Positions 61,338-64,000 of a DNA stretch of 64,000 nucleotides are shown here, in pieces. The notes beneath the pieces were generated by a model. The model saw only the letters and a program-made list of their open reading frames with translations, was not told where the DNA came from and did not search any database. Location: NCBI GenBank assembly GCA_015067715.1, contig SVLY01000001.1, positions 15,071-79,070 of the forward strand, written 5' to 3'. A program made the translations under genes and the position numbers. The DNA comes from Oscillospiraceae bacterium. Its GTDB lineage: Bacteria; Bacillota; Clostridia; Oscillospirales; QAMX01. Each line of letters begins with the position of its first letter. Position 1 is the stretch's first letter.

Positions 61338-63236
61338 GCCGTCCCCGTCTTGGCAAAGGAGTGCTTTTGCTGCGTTTTTTGCCGTTTCGTCGCAGAGCCG
61401 TATTATCGCCTGTTTTTTGTCCCGGGCCATGGGGCGGAAGTTTTCCTGGGTGAAGGGGAGTTCTCTTCTCTTTGCCGCGGCAGAGACAAGCTCCAGCATG
61501 AGAGAGTTGCCCGTCTCCCGTGCCTTTTGGGCTATAAGCTCAAGCTCCGGAGGCAAAAGACCAAGGTCTGCGCCCTCTTCGGGAGCAAAACCTGCCTCCG
61601 GGGGCGCAAAGCCCTTTCCGTCGGAGGTGATAAACAGGTCGTGGTCCCCGGGGGTGAGAAGCTCTGCGGGGACGGAGATATGCCCTTCCCCGTCTGCCGT
61701 AAAGGTGTGTACGCCGTCGAGATATGCAACGGGGGTCTCCGCTCCCGTTCTTCCCCGCAAAAAGAGCCTTGCCCCGCCGAAGAACAGGGGGTCTTTCTGC
61801 CTGTAGACGGAAATATCCCGGGGGAGATTCAGCATCAGCTCAAGCCTGTCGGCGTAGGCTCTGGGGGAGAACAGACCCCGGAGAAGACAGGTCACCGGGG
61901 CGAAATTGTCTATCATCACCGAAACGGGACGGCCGATAACGCTGTGATCCTCGTTTTCCTGCTGCCACATGTTCGAGCTGTTAACGCCCCATTGGGAGAG
62001 GGGAGCGTCCTGGCGGTAGTCCAGCGCCCATTTCATGTATTCTCCGGCGGCGGTAAACGCGGTTTCGGCTCTGCCGTTTTCAAGACAGGCGATAATGTTT
62101 CGCCCTTCCACAGTCGCCCAACAGCCGCCGTCCACCCAGTTTCCTCCCCGGTGAAGATATTCATCCCGGCTTTCCTCGGGCAGCAGCACGTGGAAGGCCG
62201 CGTCGTCAAGGGCGGGGTAGTTACAGCACAGCACTCCCGCGGTGCGTATTCCCGGAACGGAATCCAGCTTGTCCATGATGCTTTCCCGGACTTCCCTGCC
62301 CACTGCCCTGTGGGCAACGGCGTCCACGTTGGCAGAGCCCTCCAGATAGCCGTGCTTTTCCGCGCCGTAAAGCCCGTGGGGCGTACCGTCTTTGTCCATG
62401 CTTTTAAGAAAATACCCCTCGCCGGTGAGCAAAAGGGGAAGAGCCTCCCTTGTCTTCCTCGCCCGGTCAAGGCACAGCTTTTCAAGCTCCGCCTCGCCTG
62501 CAAGAGCGGCGACCTCGGCAAACCGCTCTTCGGCGGCAAGTGTGGTGACAGCAAGGCCGGTGAGGTACGATCTGTCAGGATCCCCGTTTTCGTCCAGAAC
62601 GGAGCCGAAGCTGGGGGCGAGGAGATTTGAAGAGGCGCCCGTTAAATACAGGCCGTTTTCCGCTCTTCGGGATTCGATATGCTCCATGGAGCGGACCATG
62701 AGGGGAATGTATTTCCGCATATTTTCAATATCCCGCTCAAAAAGCAAAAGCTCGCATTCCAGCAGTATCCCGCAGGCGGTTGCCTCGAAAAACCAGTCGT
62801 ATTTTTCAAAGGGGCCGTCGCCCTGGCGGTAGACTATGCCTTTGTCAAGCACGCAGTCCCCAAGGGATCCGTCGGGGGCGGCGAAATTGAGACATGTCTG
62901 GTCGGGGTCGGGTACTCCGCTGTCGGTGCCGATGCGCTTTCCGTCGCCCATTCTGTCCCAGAACAGGTCAAGTGAGTTCTGCAGGGTCTTGCGCCATTTT
63001 TCGTCCAGCAGGGGCGCGGCGCCCAGTACGAAGCCGTAGCTGTTCTGCATCCAGAAGCCGTTGCCCCAGATAAAGCCCTCCTTAAAGGTGTCCTTTTCCG
63101 GGTTCCATACCATCTGAATAAAGGGGAGCTCTCCGTTGGGGCGGAGCATTGCAAAGCTTTTTTCGATAAGCCGGAGCTTGTCTGCGCATCCCTTGCCGCA
63201 AACGTAACGGCCGTTGAAGCTGTTTTCTGTGTTCAC
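61326..63236 (-). CDS. Hypothetical cytoplasmic protein, possibly an (alpha/alpha)6-barrel glycosidase-like fold
   Basis: 636-aa ORF with coherent codon usage and a GTG start. Trp/Gly-rich segments (GNGFWMQNSYG, GGNWVDGGCWAT) are reminiscent of six-hairpin glycosidases, but I recognised no diagnostic family motif. Confidence 0.45.
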   Translation of the reverse strand: MNTENSFNGRYVCGKGCADKLRLIEKSFAMLRPNGELPFIQMVWNPEKDTFKEGFIWGNGFWMQNSYGFVLGAAPLLDEKWRKTLQNSLDLFWDRMGDGKRIGTDSGVPDPDQTCLNFAAPDGSLGDCVLDKGIVYRQGDGPFEKYDWFFEATACGILLECELLLFERDIENMRKYIPLMVRSMEHIESRRAENGLYLTGASSNLLAPSFGSVLDENGDPDRSYLTGLAVTTLAAEERFAEVAALAGEAELEKLCLDRARKTREALPLLLTGEGYFLKSMDKDGTPHGLYGAEKHGYLEGSANVDAVAHRAVGREVRESIMDKLDSVPGIRTAGVLCCNYPALDDAAFHVLLPEESRDEYLHRGGNWVDGGCWATVEGRNIIACLENGRAETAFTAAGEYMKWALDYRQDAPLSQWGVNSSNMWQQENEDHSVIGRPVSVMIDNFAPVTCLLRGLFSPRAYADRLELMLNLPRDISVYRQKDPLFFGGARLFLRGRTGAETPVAYLDGVHTFTADGEGHISVPAELLTPGDHDLFITSDGKGFAPPEAGFAPEEGADLGLLPPELELIAQKARETGNSLMLELVSAAAKRRELPFTQENFRPMARDKKQAIIRLCDETAKNAAKALLCQDGDGLTF

Positions 63237-63332
63237 GTTGTCGACCTGTCCTTTCCCGTTGCTTTGCCCCTGTTATACCATAATATATGGGTGTATTTCA
63301 AGTGGTTTATTGGAACTGCCTTAAAAAATGTG

Positions 63333-63361
63333 TTGACAGACGGAAAATATGCGGTTATAAT
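63333..63361 (+). promoter_or_regulatory. Sigma-A consensus promoter of the T-box transcript
   Basis: TTGACA (63333-63338), a 17-nt spacer, then TATAAT (63356-63361). Confidence 0.7.
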
Positions 63362-63371
63362 ATATGTAAGG

Positions 63372-63700
63372 TAAAATCGCAAAAGACGTTGAACCTGAGG
63401 AGTACCGGACAATGCCTCCCGTGCAGAGAGAAAAGGCCGTGGGTGTGAGCTTTTTCGTGGGCAGAGCGGTTTGGGAAGGTCGCAGGTGAGTTGACGCGGT
63501 GAAAGGATCCTTTTTGGGTCCCGTTAACGGCGGACGGGTGCTCCCGTTACAGGGCTGACGGATATCTTGCTTTTGTCCGTCTGTAAAGGTGCGCCGGCGG
63601 CCGCAGGGATGTTTGCGGCAGGCGAAGCAGGGTGGTACCGCGGAATGTATCGGTAATAAATACGTCCGTCCCTCGCAGATCGTGCGGGGGACGGTTTTTT
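63372..63700 (+). promoter_or_regulatory. T-box leader (tRNA-sensing riboswitch) with terminator
   Basis: Stem I elements are GAGGAGUAC, the AG bulge CAGAGAG, the distal loop GGGUGUGAG, and the specifier-loop 3' side GAAGGUCG. The canonical T-box sequence AGGGUGGUACCGCG lies at 63629-63642. The terminator ccgtccctcgca-gatcg-tgcgggggacgg plus T7 lies at 63665-63700. Confidence 0.85.
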
Positions 63701-63747
63701 TATGCCCCGCAGGTTAAAAATTTGAATTGGAAACAGGAGATGAGAAA

Positions 63748-64000
63748 ATGTCTGAACGTGTTCGCGAAATAGCCGGAAGGCTCAGAGAAATGCGCGAGAT
63801 CGCAGGCTTATCTGTAGAAGAGGTGGGCCAGAAGCTTACTATCACCACTGAAAAATACCGCACCATGGAGAGCGGCGACGTGGATATTCCCGTCAGCGTT
63901 CTCTGCGAGGCCGCAGAGATCTTCGGTATCTCCGTCACCGAGCTTCTCACCGGAGACCGGGCAAAGCTTAAAATGTACTCCGTGGTCAGAAAAAACAAGG
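63748..64000 (+). CDS. XRE-family HTH transcriptional regulator (5' partial, runs off the window)
   Basis: Hand translation gives MSERVREIAGRLREMREIAGLSVEEVGQKLTITTEKYRTMESGDVDIPVSVLCEAAEIFGISVTELLTG... (HTH_3). The ATG follows AGGAGA with a 7-nt spacer. It is absent from the ORF track because no stop codon falls inside the window. Confidence 0.75.
   Translation, partial: MSERVREIAGRLREMREIAGLSVEEVGQKLTITTEKYRTMESGDVDIPVSVLCEAAEIFGISVTELLTGDRAKLKMYSVVRKNK

Noticed and set aside
59768-61453. The 561-aa plus-strand ORF with (VM)n and hydrophobic repeats, as a membrane protein.
   Set aside because: It is the reverse complement of the His-codon-rich insert (CAT/CAC gives ATG/GTG) of the COG0523 gene. 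It spans two minus-strand genes and an intergenic region.
1-64000. tRNA or rRNA genes, transposases, integrases, phage or defence-system genes.
   Set aside because: I found no tRNA-like GTTCGAATC/T-loop contexts, no rRNA-like segments, and no ORF with DDE, tyrosine/serine recombinase, helicase-nuclease or other defence-type motifs. Absence is based on visual inspection only.

Overview
The window looks like a GC-rich, Clostridia-type Firmicutes chromosome. This rests on gene content only (T-box leader, glycine riboswitch, YtvI, BlaI/BlaR1 pairs, CpsB-type EPS genes, sigma-A-like promoters); no taxon can be proven from the sequence alone. I call about 47 protein genes. Most long ORFs antisense to them are GC-driven shadow ORFs.

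Content, in order:
- Transporters and small regulators (SNF, TetR, EamA), then a low-GC DUF559 islet.
- A YitT/HD/membrane operon, an MBL-fold hydrolase and an orphan BlaI.
- Cytoplasmic glycoside hydrolases in several blocks: GH36 with a Gfo/Idh/MocA oxidoreductase, GH2, a clan GH-D enzyme, GH125, a GH99-like/GH38 cassette, and GH32.
- purC and sdaA.
- A BlaI/BlaR1-like pair whose sensor domain is not a penicillin-binding domain.
- An 8-gene EPS regulatory/attachment operon: CapD, VanZ, CpsB, an Ig-like protein, two fused Wzz/BY-kinases, an S26-like peptidase and LCP.
- A tandem glycine riboswitch in front of an AGCS symporter.
- FeoAB, then a glycyl-radical enzyme with no activase nearby.
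- A low-GC HTH-TPR gene bracketed by 250-bp direct repeats.
- hom, YtvI, an SGNH hydrolase and a cyclophilin.
- A COG0523 GTPase pair, one member carrying a roughly 177-aa His/Cys-rich insert.
- A T-box leader driving an XRE-type regulator that is cut by the window end.

I recognised no tRNA, rRNA, CRISPR array, transposase or integrase.

The most unusual non-coding signal is a 115-bp module repeated three times in tandem at 54275-54603. Each copy folds into a three-way junction plus a hairpin, and every between-copy substitution lies outside a stem.

All family calls come from motif recognition by eye. No searches were run.
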